A stretch of 63,844 bases of DNA, the filler included, from Octopus bimaculoides (lineage: Eukaryota): NCBI RefSeq assembly GCF_001194135.2. It is 4 parts of 4 records of this genome, joined end to end, with 100 filler letters (N's around TTAATTAATTAA, not from the genome) between each part and the next. Parts side by side here need not be neighbours in the genome. Positions count along the whole stretch, not along the records: positions 36,264 to 62,628 come from NC_068984.1; 3 more parts are not named here. One strand, given 5' to 3'. Below are positions 38,686 to 52,381 of this stretch, piece by piece (the stretch's first letter is position 1; each line of letters opens with the position of its first letter). The translations under genes and the position numbers were made by a program. The notes under the pieces are model-generated. The model was not told where the DNA came from, did not search any database, and worked only from the letters and a program-made list of their open reading frames with translations.

Positions 38686-39689
38686 TGGGAACGCAAATAT
38701 ACATGCACAGAGAAACGCACACACACACCTAAGTATATGCATATATCCTACATTTGTATACACCTGTATGTCTGTCACCGTTCTATGTTTTTCACTAAAA
38801 GTAGAAATAATATTGTGCAATGCATTTCTGTGCATTAAACAATAATATCTTTACGCTTAGTGACAACATAAAACGGTGATGCGCATATAAACGTAGCATA
38901 TATACATATCCATAAGTATGTCTCTTTCTTTGTGCATGTCTATCCGCGTTTAGTTGCGTATACACATATTTTATTAACGCTGGTAAAATGCAGTTTTTTT
39001 CTCATTCTTTTGTTTATTTATGTTTTCTGTTTCTTCCTGTCTACAGCTACATCTTTCTGTCTATCTATCTAAGCGGTTACCTCGATAATCATTCATCTAC
39101 CTCTAACTTACAGAGCTTTTCCAGCTTCTTTCTCTAGAATATTATTCACTATTCCGAACTTTACTTCTCTTCCCAACCCCTGCTTTCATCCTCAAACTCA
39201 TATACTGTGTCTGTTTGTCTGTCAGCTTGTCTGTCTCCGATAGTGTCCCTGTCTCTTTCTTCCCACCTCTCTCTTTCTCTTTTTCTCAGTCTATAATAAT
39301 CTTTCCAGATTGTTCCTTTAGTTAAAGTAAAGGTAAAAATTGAATTGAAGAAAATATATAAAGTTTTTTTTTCTTTTTGTTATTAGTTTTGAAAATATAT
39401 ATCCTAGCATTATTGAAAACACAAAATAAAGGAAAATAATTTGTATTAGATTAAAATATTCTTTGAATTAAAATACAAAACGTAACGGATACAAACGAAG
39501 AAATAAACTAAATCAGAGATTAAAACTTTAATTACAATGAGGATTAAGAATTCAGTTTAAGTTAAATACGTTTATACAAATGGAAAACTGTACAAGAAGG
39601 ACGAATATATGTACAAAGTGTGCTTTTACATTAGCACAGCTTGTACAAAGAACTAAGATACCAAACGGCATTTCTGTTGGCTTTCTATG

Positions 39690-39830
39690 CTCTGTGTTCA
39701 AATCTCACCATGATGGGCTATACTTTTTTATCCCTTTGCGGTCAATAAAATAAACTACGAGTCATATCTTATGGTCGATGTAATCGATTTGACCTTATCC
39801 TTGAAAATTAGTGATCTTGATCCATACAAT
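39690..39830 (+). mobile_element. SINE family B, old degenerate copy
   Basis: GTTCAAAT...ATCCCTTTG.GGTC.ATAAAATAA...GGTCGATGTAATCGA. Confidence 0.55.
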
Positions 39831-40160
39831 GTACTTGTGTACCGTTCAGGGTTGAATGATGTGAGATCGGTCACTTATACTCTATGAAAACAGGGTAACC
39901 GGGCTTAAGAGCCATACTGCTAAAGAAGAGAAAGAAGCAGAAGGAGGAGGACAAGAAGAAAACTGGGAAAAGGCTGTAGGCCTAGTTATGACAAGTGGTT
40001 AAATAAATATATTTACCTCTCATATTTCTAGACATTTTATGGTTTATATACGTCTCAGAAAATAATTTTATCTGTTGGATTTCCTGTGATCTGTTAGGCG
40101 AGTCCATTCGAGGAGATTTCTTTGATAGCCACACGATCCTATGAATCCAAATATTACACT

Positions 40161-40250
<90 letters not shown>

Positions 40251-40554
40251 ACAGAGATAGAGTGAGAGAGAGAAATACATACATAGATAGACAGACAGAT
40301 AGTGATAAAAATTATGACTTGCGAATGGAAATTTTTAGATTTTGTTATTGTATTGCGACATACATTTCTGTATCCCACATGGAGGACATTTCCACATCCA
40401 TGCGATATTATTAAATAATATTTATAATATCTATGAATCTTGAATAATCCTCCATACCATGTTAATGATTCCTTAGGCTTTTTACGTTAAAGCTTTCTTT
40501 TACTAGTTCCATGTTTTCATGAAAAAGGTAAGGATATATATATATTTATATATC

Positions 40555-40605
40555 AGGCGGTGCTCCAGCATGGCTACGGTCAAATGACTGAAACATGTAA
40601 AAGAC
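40555..40605 (+). mobile_element. SINE family A, 3' tail fragment
   Basis: GGCGGTGCTCCAGCATGGCTACGGTCAAATGACTGAAACATGTAAAAGA. Confidence 0.85.
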
Positions 40606-40631
40606 TACACACACACACACACACATATATA

Positions 40632-41150
40632 TCATAATAAAAGCGGAATTCTGTCTGTCTGTCTGGGGTCCACTGTATCTGAGTCTACATTTGCTCTACG
40701 TACACATATTACAAATTTTGGGGATCAGCTCTTCATTTGGTTCTAGAACATCCAGTATTGGGATCAGATTTAGATTCCTTTGGGTTGCTATTTCTTGCAG
40801 GTGAAGCTTGGTTGATACCCGCCATCTTGGTTGGCGTTTGTTAGATGACGTCAGAGATCAAGGGGGAGATAAATGATATTGACTTCGTTAATTTTACGTT
40901 GAGATAAGAATTTTGGGACAAATTGGCCAACAGTTGAAATTCAACTTGGGAGAAGAACAATACAAAGATTGCATTATAGAATTAATTCTCATCCGTCCTT
41001 AACCTCTTATCAAACACCACCGAGGCATATAGCCATTTTAGACGCATTATAGTGATGCTATTTAGCTCTCTGTAGTATTGGGGCGCAGGCCTGTTTAGCC
41101 CACCGCAGGACCTTGCCTAAAATTCTGCACGGACTTATATATATTTACAA
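40632..41150 (+). mobile_element. Possible non-autonomous Helitron-like element
   Basis: Starts A|TCATAATAAAAG followed by (TCTG)n, as in many non-autonomous Helitron 5' ends; no convincing 3' hairpin plus CTRR was found. Confidence 0.3.
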
Positions 41151-41167
41151 GTTATATATTTAGAAAT

Positions 41168-41273
<106 letters not shown>

Positions 41274-41429
41274 CGTACGAATGCTGTAAACATGATATTC
41301 ATTGTTGCCGCATGTATATACATATGAGTGTGAACGTGTATGATGGCCAGTATCGCTATGTATGAACTGATGTGCATTTTTCCATATGCGTGTTTGTGTA
41401 TTTATGTGTGTGTCTTATGAAATGTTACC

Positions 41430-41720
41430 TTGTCAAATCATCACCTTTGGCTGTATGATGTCACTTGCTTTCACAAAGCAAATAATATGCCCAACTTGAC
41501 AATATCGAGAACTGTACATAAGACTTAATAGTTGAATTATTAGAAGTCTCCTTACGCCACGATACACTCAGGATGGGATGCTTTCAATTGAATGATATAA
41601 CTACAGACACTTTCTTATTCTCGCTTCATGACTCTTCGTTAAAGCATTTTGAAATTTTGAATATAAATGCATAATGAAGCGTTATTTTTCCTTTCCTCTT
41701 TGAAGTCAGTTTGTAGTGAC
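41430..41720 (-). mobile_element. Possible heavily decayed Penelope-like GIY-YIG fragment
   Basis: Minus-strand pieces TDFKE..., SYIIQLK..., and a downstream C..C-like segment occur in PLE order but across several frameshifts. Confidence 0.3.
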
Positions 41721-42910
41721 CCTCCTGTTTAACTTGGCTCGACAAGAATTTGGCAGATAACTTCCACTGCTAAGAATGTACGCTTTCCGCATCGTTATGC
41801 ACACCCTTCTCTATGTTTGATCATTACACATATTTTAATTCTTATTGCTTTCAAATAGCACGCTTGGTTGGATAAAAAGTTATCGTATCAAACACTGAAA
41901 TCGGTATTATTTGCTTGTCGTAGCATATCTGAAGAATTTAACAACATTTTCCATTTTAGTTACGATTTTCAGTCATTTTGCAGCATAATACACATACCAC
42001 ACAAAAAATCTTTATCCTTAATCTTCAAGAAACACCGTTCATTTGTTTTATATAGTAAAAAGCAAAGCAGTGGCTTCGCTGGGTTTTTTTTTTCTTAGTA
42101 TTTGAATCATCGCTTTATTAACTGCGCTATTAATTACGACATCCAATGCTTGGTTATAATGCTAATACGAGCACGACATTAATCTTTAATGCTGCCAAGT
42201 TTCCATAGATATTTTAAAGATCTCTTAGTTACCGTTATTACATAAACTGATAATGTGGATGTTTGTGAATAGATGAAGAGAAATTCTATATATCCGGTAA
42301 GATTTATGTTGTTCCGTATTGTGTTCGCTTTATCAGTATTTCAGTTACGTACGTCTTAGATGTCTATTTCTTCAGTAGAGATTGAATTAGCAAAGAAAGT
42401 GTTGCTTAAACTATCAAATAAAAATGTAAATTATAAAGTTACTAAACCTACTTGTTGTCAACACCACAAAAGTCATTAATTCTAACCTATTATTACACCT
42501 GGCTACAAGTAGATACATGTTACAAACGTCACATTAATCAACAATTTCGAAATGCTATTCACTCAATATGGAAGTATTAGATATCGTTTACTCGTAATTT
42601 TGTTTTCATTGTCGTTTTCTTAAACATGTATTTGCCTTCTTTTAACATTTCGCTGAAATCAAAATTCTGTTCACAACTGGAGACAGGTTTCTGGACATGA
42701 TTGAAATTGCTCACAAAATAAAACATCAAATAGCAGAAGCACCACATTTTTTTGTAGTTGCATTTATATTTCGTGTATAACTTGTAGATGTTACTGAAAT
42801 ATGATGAAATAAACTGCTATCTAAGCGTTAGTTATTCATATGTAGGCAACTATATACGTCCAGATCATTTGGCTTCTCTCTACGTCGTCCTTATAATGGT
42901 ATATGCTATG

Positions 42911-43077
42911 CTCTTTTTACTCTTTTACTTGTTTCAGTCATTTGACTGTGGCCATGTTGGAGCACCACCTTTAGTCGAGTAAATCGACCCCAGGACTTAT
43001 TCTTTGTAAGCCTAGTACTTATTTTATCGGTCTCTTTTGACGAACCGCTAAGTTACGGGGACACACACACACACACA
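42911..43077 (-). mobile_element. SINE family A, 3' half ending in (CA)n and a gap
   Basis: Reverse complement of the A tail (TTTTACTTGTTTCAGTCATTTGACTG.GGCCATG.TGGAGCACC...CCGCTAAGTTACGGGGAC). Confidence 0.92.
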
Positions 43078-43299
43078 NNNNNNNNNNNNNNNNNNNNNNN
43101 NNNNNNNNNNNNNNNNNNNNNNNNNNNNNNNNNNNNNNNNNNNNNNNNNNNNNNNNNNNNNNNNNNNNNNNNNNNNNNNNNNNNNNNNNNNNNNNNNNNN
43201 NNNNNNNNNNNNNNNNNNNNNNNNNNNNNNNNNNNNNNNGTTGTCTTTTCAAATTTCTCTACTTCATTGTAACGTGTTCGCTCCTGTGTAAACAAAAGA

Positions 43300-43620
43300 G
43301 TTCTAGATAGGGGGAGGTAATTAGGGATTTCTTCCGGTATAAGGGAGATAATCGAAATGTAGGAGGTGGTAGATTTTGATTAATTTACCATGGTTTGGTT
43401 TGTTAGGTTTTGTTCTATATTTTTTTCCTTCTCAGTGGGGTGATGAATTTCCTTATTTAAATGTGTTAGCAATGGTTAAGTTTGGGTTTGTATTTTTGAA
43501 TGAAGAAGGTTTCCTTATTTAATCTAATTTGTGTTGGTGTTCTAATGGCACATTGATAGAATGGAAAGATTATAAATTGTGGTAGCATTTAGATTTATTA
43601 ATCACTGCTGGTGTAACAAG
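43300..43620 (-). mobile_element. Penelope-like element C-terminal fragment and 3' flank
   Basis: 43573->43466 translates IIFPFYQCAIRTPTQIRLNKETFFIQKYKPKLNHC*, matching the PLE GIY-YIG end motif R-x-x-x-E-x-x-FI-x-x-x-x-P-x-LN. Confidence 0.65.
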
Positions 43621-43946
43621 AAGCTAATAGCTGAATTTCTGCAGTATGCTTCACATGGCAAAAAAGGGAGAAGGCACACATGAAAAAACCTACATAAACC
43701 AATATTTGGGGTCGCATTTGATTCACTATGCAAGAGCTCAGACAGAAAGGAACCGAAAACACATTAGGAATTCAGGAGAAAATGCATGATCCACTTAGTG
43801 AGTAAATAACAAACCGATTGACTGACTCACTCACTAACTTAGTAACTTACTTGCAAACCCCTGACCTAAAGAATAACTAACAAATTAACAAACTAACACA
43901 TCAACTACCAAACTGAATAATTAACTTATTTTCTAAATTACTGTGA

Positions 43947-44323
43947 GGCGCAATGGCCCAGAGGTTAGGGCTGCGGTCTTGCGGTCGTAGGATCGCGGTT
44001 TCGATTCCCAGACCGAGAGTTGTGAGTGTTTATTGAACGAAAATTCCTAAAGCTGCACGAGGCTCCGGTAGGGGGTGGTGGCGAACACTGAATATGCTTT
44101 CGCCACAACTTTCTCTCACTCTTTCTTCTTGTTTTTGTTGTACTTTTCAAAGGACCAGCCTTGTCACACTCTGTGTCACGCTGAATCTTCCCCAGAACTA
44201 CGTTAAGGGTACACGTGTCTGTGGAGTGCTCAGCAACTTGCACGTTAATTTCACGAGTAGGTTGTTCCAGTGATCGGATCAACTGGATCTCTCGTCGTCG
44301 TACTCGACGGAGTGCCACGACGA
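43947..44323 (+). mobile_element. SINE family C, full-length copy
   Basis: tRNA-like head GGCGCAATGGCCCAGAGGTTAGGG...GGTTTCGATTCCC with A and B boxes; head shared with 3649-3764 and tail with 35010-35100. Confidence 0.85.
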
Positions 44324-45867
44324 TAAATCACTCTACTAAACAATCCAACGCCATCAAGAGTATTTTTATTTAATGCAGCTACATAAATATATCAGACATA
44401 TTTTGCAAATTATTTACACACGCTTTTTCTGTTTATATTTCTGAAACAAAAACTGTGGATGGAAACAATAGCGATAAAAATGGCGATTGTTGAATGTCAA
44501 TAATATTTAAATATAATTGTGAGGATATTGTTGAACAAATAACATTGAAATAAATCAATGGGCGCGATCACGACTAAGAGTACAGTGATATTGACAAGGA
44601 GAACAATGGTAATGATTGTCAAGACAAGAAGGAGGCTGAAGAGGCATAGACTGACAAGGAGATTATTGATAGCCATATCTATAGTGGTGATGTTCATAAT
44701 AATTCGAAACTTTCAATCTTCTTCAAGAAAATTCAATATTAATAATTAAATTAGAATACAGAATTTCTTTTGTCAATTAGAGCCTGTAATATTTGGCAAC
44801 TAAATACATTCGCTGCTCTTCTCTGACCTAGCAAATAATTTATTTATTTGGTAAATATTCTGAAAGACTTTATGTTAGTAATGAGTCGTTTTCTGCTCGA
44901 TGAACAGCAGAGTCAGGAGGAAAACATTTTAAAAACATTCTGAGTGATTCGAATTTCAATATGACAATTGCTGTTCTATTTCGTCAGAGAACAACTCTCT
45001 TCAGACGAACGTGTGTTCACATTCGATTCACTGGAGGCAAGAAGACTTGTGTTTCCTCAGCCAAATCTAACACGGACCAATGAATCTAACAAGATTTGTA
45101 CTTCTAGTTTTTTATGCTCTAGGCTAGCTTAGGCTGAGTGTACACACACAACTAGGCTAAAATCTAGTGCCACAAAATCCCCTTACTCCAAACCACAGAT
45201 TTGTCTGAATGGAGAGGTTGTTCTCCAATGACTAAACACAACAGCAGTTATCAGCTTCACCTTCGAAACGTGAGACAGAGCAAATCAGGATTTTTGTACA
45301 GAAGGCAGTAAAGCAGAAATTATTTCTACCTTTTTTATTCTTCTGCGTGTTTCTTTTTTTTTTTTCTTTTTATTCATTTTCTGCAAAGTATTGCCTGGAG
45401 AATATTCACGTCAATAGTTCCAGTAAGAATGGCGCAAAGCTTTAAGTGCTGAAGAAATATAGGAAAATTCCTGCCACTCTTGCAGCTGTTGATTCTTGAT
45501 ATAAACAGCAATAACTGTCAAGGACTATTATGTAATATTGATATTAGCGAAGGAACCACAATTCAATACATCGATGGGTCGTCATAAAATAGGGAAATAT
45601 TAACAAACTTTGAATATTGTACTTTCCAATAAATATAAATTTCTCCTTAATATATCATTTAAAAGGTATTGAGTAGTTATGGAATTTGGTGAATCATACT
45701 TTCAACAAAAGGTAAAATGGAAATAAAAGTAGAATATATGTAAATAGTTATACTGTTTGAGAAAATAATTTTTGAGAAGATGTAGGAAAATAGATATCTT
45801 AACACTCAAACAGGCGTTATTGTACAGATCAGCTTTTTGGACGATCTCGTTTATTGGGCGTTAAATA

Positions 45868-46107
45868 CAGAGTGTTCAAAATGTCTCTCCGCAGTAAGTA
45901 TTTAATGGTTTCCTGGTGATTCTTGTACACTGATCCTTTACTTGCAACCCAGGAAAAAAAGTCTAGTAGTGTTAAATCACTAAAGTGATCTTGGTTGCCA
46001 AAGTCCCTTCGTAATTGTCCGTTTACCGAAAATCTCTTGAAGTAGCGCCATGGTGATGCGCAGGATGTAAAAGAAAATCGCTGCGGAGGGACGTTTTGAA
46101 CACCCTG
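45868..46107 (-). mobile_element. 240-bp Tc1/mariner (maT/DD37D-like) deletion derivative (MITE)
   Basis: TA|CAGAGTGTTCAAAATGTCTCTCCGCAG ... CTGCGGAGGGACGTTTTGAACACCCTG|TA: 27-bp TIRs with 3 mismatches and TA target-site duplications (TSDs). The internal minus strand gives WQPRS(fs)DLTLLDFF.W, similar to WPPRSPDLTPLDFFLWG. Confidence 0.88.
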
Positions 46108-46899
46108 TATATTTCGTGAGTTAAAGGCACAAAGTTTACAATATCCATTTTGGTTCAGATGTTATATATAATAGATAGATAGAGAGTTAGTCGCTTAAAT
46201 AGAGCGAAGTAATGCAGTGGTAATTTATTTTAACTGCGTCACGAATGATGAAATTCAAAGTTAACGTGGACTGGATTTGAACACTAAATCTAACAGGCCG
46301 TATTTTAATAGCCAGAGCAATTTGTCCATTGCTCTAAATATTCTTGCAATATAGGACTAATAATATTATACATCTCTTGAAAAATATACAGAGATTCATA
46401 AGCGCGTGATTTAAATCAAGAGATATACATAGTGAGTCACATGGATGATAAATCTATGTTTTAGGAAAAGGATTACTAGTACAGTTATACAAATAATTCA
46501 ATGTATATTTTCAATGAATTGAATTGTATCAAGAGAAGAAATATTTGACGTTATTTACAATTCAAGATTTATAAGGTCGCAGCTGAACGATTTAACTAGC
46601 GTTAACATTGATAGTGAGGAAGAGCTGGCTAATCTAACTAAGCATATAAAATTTGTGCATATAAAAATTAACATTTATCATAGCAAGGGCTTGCTATATA
46701 TTATACTGTGACACTATGTGATATGATATATAGCAATGTGTTATGTTATACTTTTATATATTATGGTACAATGATATTAAATGTAGTGTTACAAATGGCG
46801 CGCCCATACATGTATGATTGAAGTGATATGTACTGTTATAATACGAGGTTGCATTTTATTATGCGCTAGACTATATTATTCGTTAATCAAAACGCTGTG

Positions 46900-47270
46900 A
46901 GCGGGCAGAATTAATAGTGCATCGAGCAAAATGTTTAATGGCATTTCGTCCGGTTTTGTTCAAATATCATCGAGGTTGCGTTTGCTTTTTCATCCTTTCA
47001 GATTCGATGTACTAGGCTTACTCTCGCCGGTAGAAATTGCTAGCCTTGAGCCAAACTTTAAGACCGTTAATCAATAATATTGGCGGTGAAATGACAGAAT
47101 TGTGAGAGAACAGAGATCATCGGAAAAGGCAACTGTTCCGTTAAATATTCCGACGTTTTGCGTTCTGAGATCTAATCCGCCGAAATCAGCATTCCTTCAT
47201 CCTTCTCGGAGCAGTAAAATAAAGTACCAGTCAAGAACTAGGGTGAGAATAATCGACTGAACTTCTCGTA
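46900..47270 (+). mobile_element. Two adjacent old SINE family B copies
   Basis: Degenerate B motifs at about 46900-47050 and 47085-47270 (TTTCATCCTT.C.GA..., AATAAAGTACCAG). Confidence 0.6.
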
Positions 47271-49104
47271 TCTAAATTGCTTATTGCTGACATTGTGCCT
47301 CACCAGAAACAATTATACATTAATATAGTAATAAATATTGTATTGCCTTAGATTATGTTTTCTTCTGATACGATGTAAGATGACTGAAATAACAGAGTTC
47401 AGAAATGGATTGTAACATCATATCAAAAACTTTCTCTTAATACAAATTATTTTAAGACGCAGCGAAATTCCATTATAAATTTTATGCCGTTTGATATGAC
47501 GCTGTGTTTATTCAATGATGTCTATTTTTTATGTTTGAATCAATTGTTATATGGTAAAAAATATTTATTGTAATACAAATTACTGTTGAACACTAGGAAA
47601 TTGCATTACGTGTTTTAACAAATATGATGCTGTGATGTTTTATTCCTTCCTGTCTTCACGCTATCAGATATTATTTCTATGGTATGCTCTACCGACGAAT
47701 TCCTAGAATAATAAGGAGTGCAATATGCTACTAGCAAAACGTGTTGGTATTACACAATATCCTATACAACAAATTCACATGATCTACTGTGTATCTAACG
47801 TCTATAATAAATGACAAATTATATTATTTTGCTGTGAAACATTGCAAAATGAAATGCTTAATAGTCAGTTATTTTGAGACACAATAAATCCTCATATAAT
47901 AATATTGATCAAGTTGCGCTAGACGTTATTGTTCTCCACCGAACAATATATCTCAGATTATCTATAATATATAAATAATATAACGGCGTGAACATGAAAT
48001 ATCTATATGTGGATATTTGTAATGTTTTCTTCCATAAATGTCAAACAGCAGCATTTAAATACTTTCCAATGGTTACAAATTACTGCTATGTATGCAATTA
48101 AGGACAAGGATACCTTGCAGTGTACTGTGTATATATTTTATCGGCAATATTCCGGTAGTTGACTACAGTATTGTAGCTGACACAATGTCATATGTCATAT
48201 TTTATATATATCAATAAACAATTACTTATTGGATAAAATAGGAATGATTGTGAATAAGGAAAGGAAACTTCGGGTTACACTGTTTTGAATTTATATCTAC
48301 GTCATAATAACTACTTGAAACTGTACAAACATATTGAAAAATGATTACATTTTCCCCATTTACAACAACTATTGTATTTTCTTTTATATCATAAGATTTC
48401 GATATTTTCCCAAGGAATTACCCTGACAGCAGGTAATCTATTTTTCATTTTAATATTATATGGCCAATTTATAGAATAAATTTGAAAGAGTTGAGTGTAT
48501 AAACAAACTGTAATTGATGTTTTTATATATTAATATATGATACAGACATATGTCATGATACAGCAAAATTATAATATATGTCATAACTTTAGTTATGTTA
48601 AGCAAGTCAACTAATGAAAATGGAAACTACGTAAGTTCAAATTAAGAACTTATTCACTTCTTCAATAAGTAAAAAAGTAGCCATCACATTACTTCTAATA
48701 ATATTTGTATTCTGACAAATTTATGAAATACACTTTTATTGGACGTCACGAAGCATAATTGCTAAACAATTTTTCTTGGAAATTATATTTAAAGTTTTGA
48801 ACTTAGAGTATTTCTTTATATTTAAACTACCTCACTTTTAAAGCAAAAGATGACTTTGTATTTCAGTGAATTATGAAAAATCATGTTGTCGTTAATATTG
48901 TTGTTGTTTCGCCCCAGGTCATCTGCGACCAATGATTCTCCAGCTTTGACCATTCCCTTAATGTGAAGTATCTTACTGTATCTAATGGTCCTTCATTTTC
49001 GAATGTGCTAAAATGTGATTTGCGGAAAATGCGATGGCCATGTTTAACAAATCTATAAACCAGATAATAGCTTCTTTGTTGGTTCCTGTGTTCTTCTTTT
49101 GTTT

Positions 49105-49225
<121 letters not shown>

Positions 49226-50969
49226 TGATGCGCAGACGGCTTGAAGAAGAATACTAACTTTAAAAACGCAATTTTCTCTTTTTCTGCAAAAGCAAACACT
49301 TTCGGCTAATTAGGCTGTACTATAAAAATTGGAAATCATTAATATATTGATTGAGGTTTGGAAATTATGCCTCATGCTGCGTTGCTGCATACACTGCGTT
49401 GCTATCTGTTTCAGCGTAATAAGGAATTCTTGTAACATAGTTATCATGGAATATAACTGGCATTTAAATAAAGGTGGATTTAATTACATTGTAATCAGAC
49501 AAAAATGTAGCTTGAATGCCACGGGAAATATCCATTGCTGTAATTCAAAGCAGGCCTGGACAGGAATATGAATTATTAGAAAGAAAATTAAATTATCTTA
49601 TGAGATTAGTAACGATTGACACATGAACAAAATGAAATTTAAACTTTAAAAATATGTTTGTATCCGTTTTATTTAAATATTCATTGATCAGGCTGTTTGA
49701 TGTTATTTAGGAAAAGCAAATAATAATCGATAAATTTATTAATCCTAAATAAAAATTCAGTATCTCTAAATTAATTAATTGGAACAACTCATAATTCTCA
49801 ATAAAATTTCTCTGACATGGAAAATTAGAAAAGTGGAAGGTGAATGGCGAATAATTCAGAGAGATTAAATAAAGTTTTGCCAAAGAACGATGATAGAATA
49901 TACGATATAAAACAAAATTTGATTTGATCTAACAACAGCCGATTGCAGTTAAATATGGGGTATCAAAACACTCACGGTAATATTAGCCATAAAGGCTTCA
50001 TTCTTTATTGTATGTTAGAAACGATGATATAATGGTACTTTAGCAAGAAGTTTTAAATATATTAGAATATGCATAATTAATGTTATTTAATAAATATCTT
50101 AAATTCTGTGAACTGGAGAGCAAAGACTCAGCAGGAACATAGTTCTGTTTTAAGTCCTTCTTGCTCTTTTTATCATGATTTTAATGATTTTAAGATCTAG
50201 TGCCCCTTACAACAGCCGATTATTTGTATGACGATCCAGTGATAAGCACTTTACTTTGTATATAACACAAGTAGGGAATATGTAAGCTTGTTCTGGGACT
50301 TACAAACGTGGCTAATTTAACAATGTCTCTGTATATTGAGAGGAATGGTTAGCAGCTTCAAACGATCTCCGATCTTTGTTGCGGTCTTATCACCTTTATC
50401 TACAACACTTTTCCAGTGGCTGAGACAAATGCAACGAATTTCTATTTATGCATAACAAATCTAGTGGCTTCAGAGAAATGCAGCTACTAAATTGCATACT
50501 ATAAGAGTTTATCTTTTTATTTAATATCAGGGGCCTATCAACGGAGATCTAAATCCACTTTGTATCACGGGATGACGTTATATATGTAAGTCTACGCAGG
50601 AGACATACAATCATGCAACATTTATTTCTCGGAAGATTGAAAAAAGTTGAGAAACAGTTTTAACTTATTTCCAGCATTCATTTGGGGTCTTATCAGAGGT
50701 TGCTACATGTTTAATGCTTAACTTTCGAGGTCTATTATTTCGTTACTCATACACAAGGAGAGAAAGGTATTCGGGAAGGCAATGCTTAATGTGCATCATC
50801 CATTGAGTCCTTTCAATTGATTTTATCAATAAGAGAACAGAAATCTATTTGTTTCGATTGGAAGTCAAACAACTTTCTGGATAAAATGGAGTCATAACGA
50901 GTTTGCTCGTCTTGCTAAAAATATCTGCTAAATTACTTTCTTCAATAAAGACTTCTTTCACTTATGTAG

Positions 50970-51027
50970 CTCCGTCTAAAGGGGATAACTCGATGGTCAT
51001 AGTTGCAACAACAATGATCATATGTAG
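50970..51027 (+). other. Candidate 58-nt exon (xPSKGDNSMVIVATTMIIC)
   Basis: Pyrimidine-rich tract ending TGTAG| and an AG|GTGAGT donor; one open frame. Confidence 0.15.
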
Positions 51028-52381
51028 GTGAGTCCAATTTGTAGGGATCCGAGTGAGCTTAAATAACAACATAATCAATGGCAACGAAAAGGCAACAACA
51101 AATTGCCTTGGCAACGACGAGAACGATTGCAATAACGAATGTCGTCGGTGACTCTCACCGTATTACTGCCATTCATTTCATCTTCTCATGTTTTGAGGGA
51201 TTGGATTTGTTGCTGCGATCTCTAATAGAGTATATGGCTACTCAAAAGTTCTTTTATTGGCTCACACTATCAAGATATTTCCATCTGCAGATGTGTATTT
51301 TAACGAAGAATATGAATTCCTCGTTTAGCAAATCGTACTAAAATGTTTCAAAATAAACTTAACGTTTTAAATATCTAACTTATATGAACTTCTTTTGAAA
51401 ACGCAGGGAGCATGATTAATTAAATAGTTTATATGCAGGTATGGATCTGGTGGTTTGTACACATTCCTAATAACGGTACTGCATACTTGCTAGCAAAGAA
51501 TATTATTTAAGAGGGATACGAGCATCACCTAGAAACCTAAATGACTTCAGACATGTAGCCAAATATCAATTTATGAGTAAACTCCCACATGCACTGTGGA
51601 AAGTAGATTGAGTTTATTAATTTTGTCTCAATGCATACTGTTCGTGAATTACCTGTAAATGATTTAAGTGGTACACAAACATGCAGTACGCCCCTTATTA
51701 ATCAATGCACTTAACACCTGTCAGTTATAAATAATTTTACTTGTGTGAAATACACACTCTATAATATATATGTTCGATCTATTGTAATTTATCATCTCAC
51801 TTGAGTTTCGTTTAATTACCTACACAAATATGTCACTGAGAATGTTTATGAAGATAATCTCGTAGTTGAACAATTTCATACAATACATATTCATATTTTC
51901 TATTGTTTGCGTGGGAATCAGCATCAAGCTAAATTTTGTATTATTTAAAAGAATGATAGTTGCTGAATGCATGTGTCTACATTATATATTTTTAACACAA
52001 CTAAACAACATGGGCCATCTCATAATAAACTAGCGGCCGGCAACTGATTTGGACTGTCCCATATTCACAAATAAATCTTCGTTGTTTCTGTTTCTAGATG
52101 ACTCAAGTGGGTTACATGCTGTTATGAATTGTCTTTTTGTCCATTCTTCATCATGCTCTATCAAAAATAATATTACATATCACTTCATTCATATTTATTG
52201 TTATTACATATATCTATGACATCAAAATATATTGTACAAACTAATATGTACGATTAGTTCGTGTTATCGTTTATTTTCTTCCATGTTAGAATTAATTATC
52301 TAAATAATTATATCTTACTGTATTACAAAATATATCTCTTTTTAATTAACTTTTTATTTATTCCCAGTGTCCCCTGTCATA

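Noticed and set aside
44540-44710. Acidic frame reminiscent of a piggyBac N-terminus
   Set aside because: Two in-frame stops, low complexity, and no TTAA/TIR or catalytic region found.
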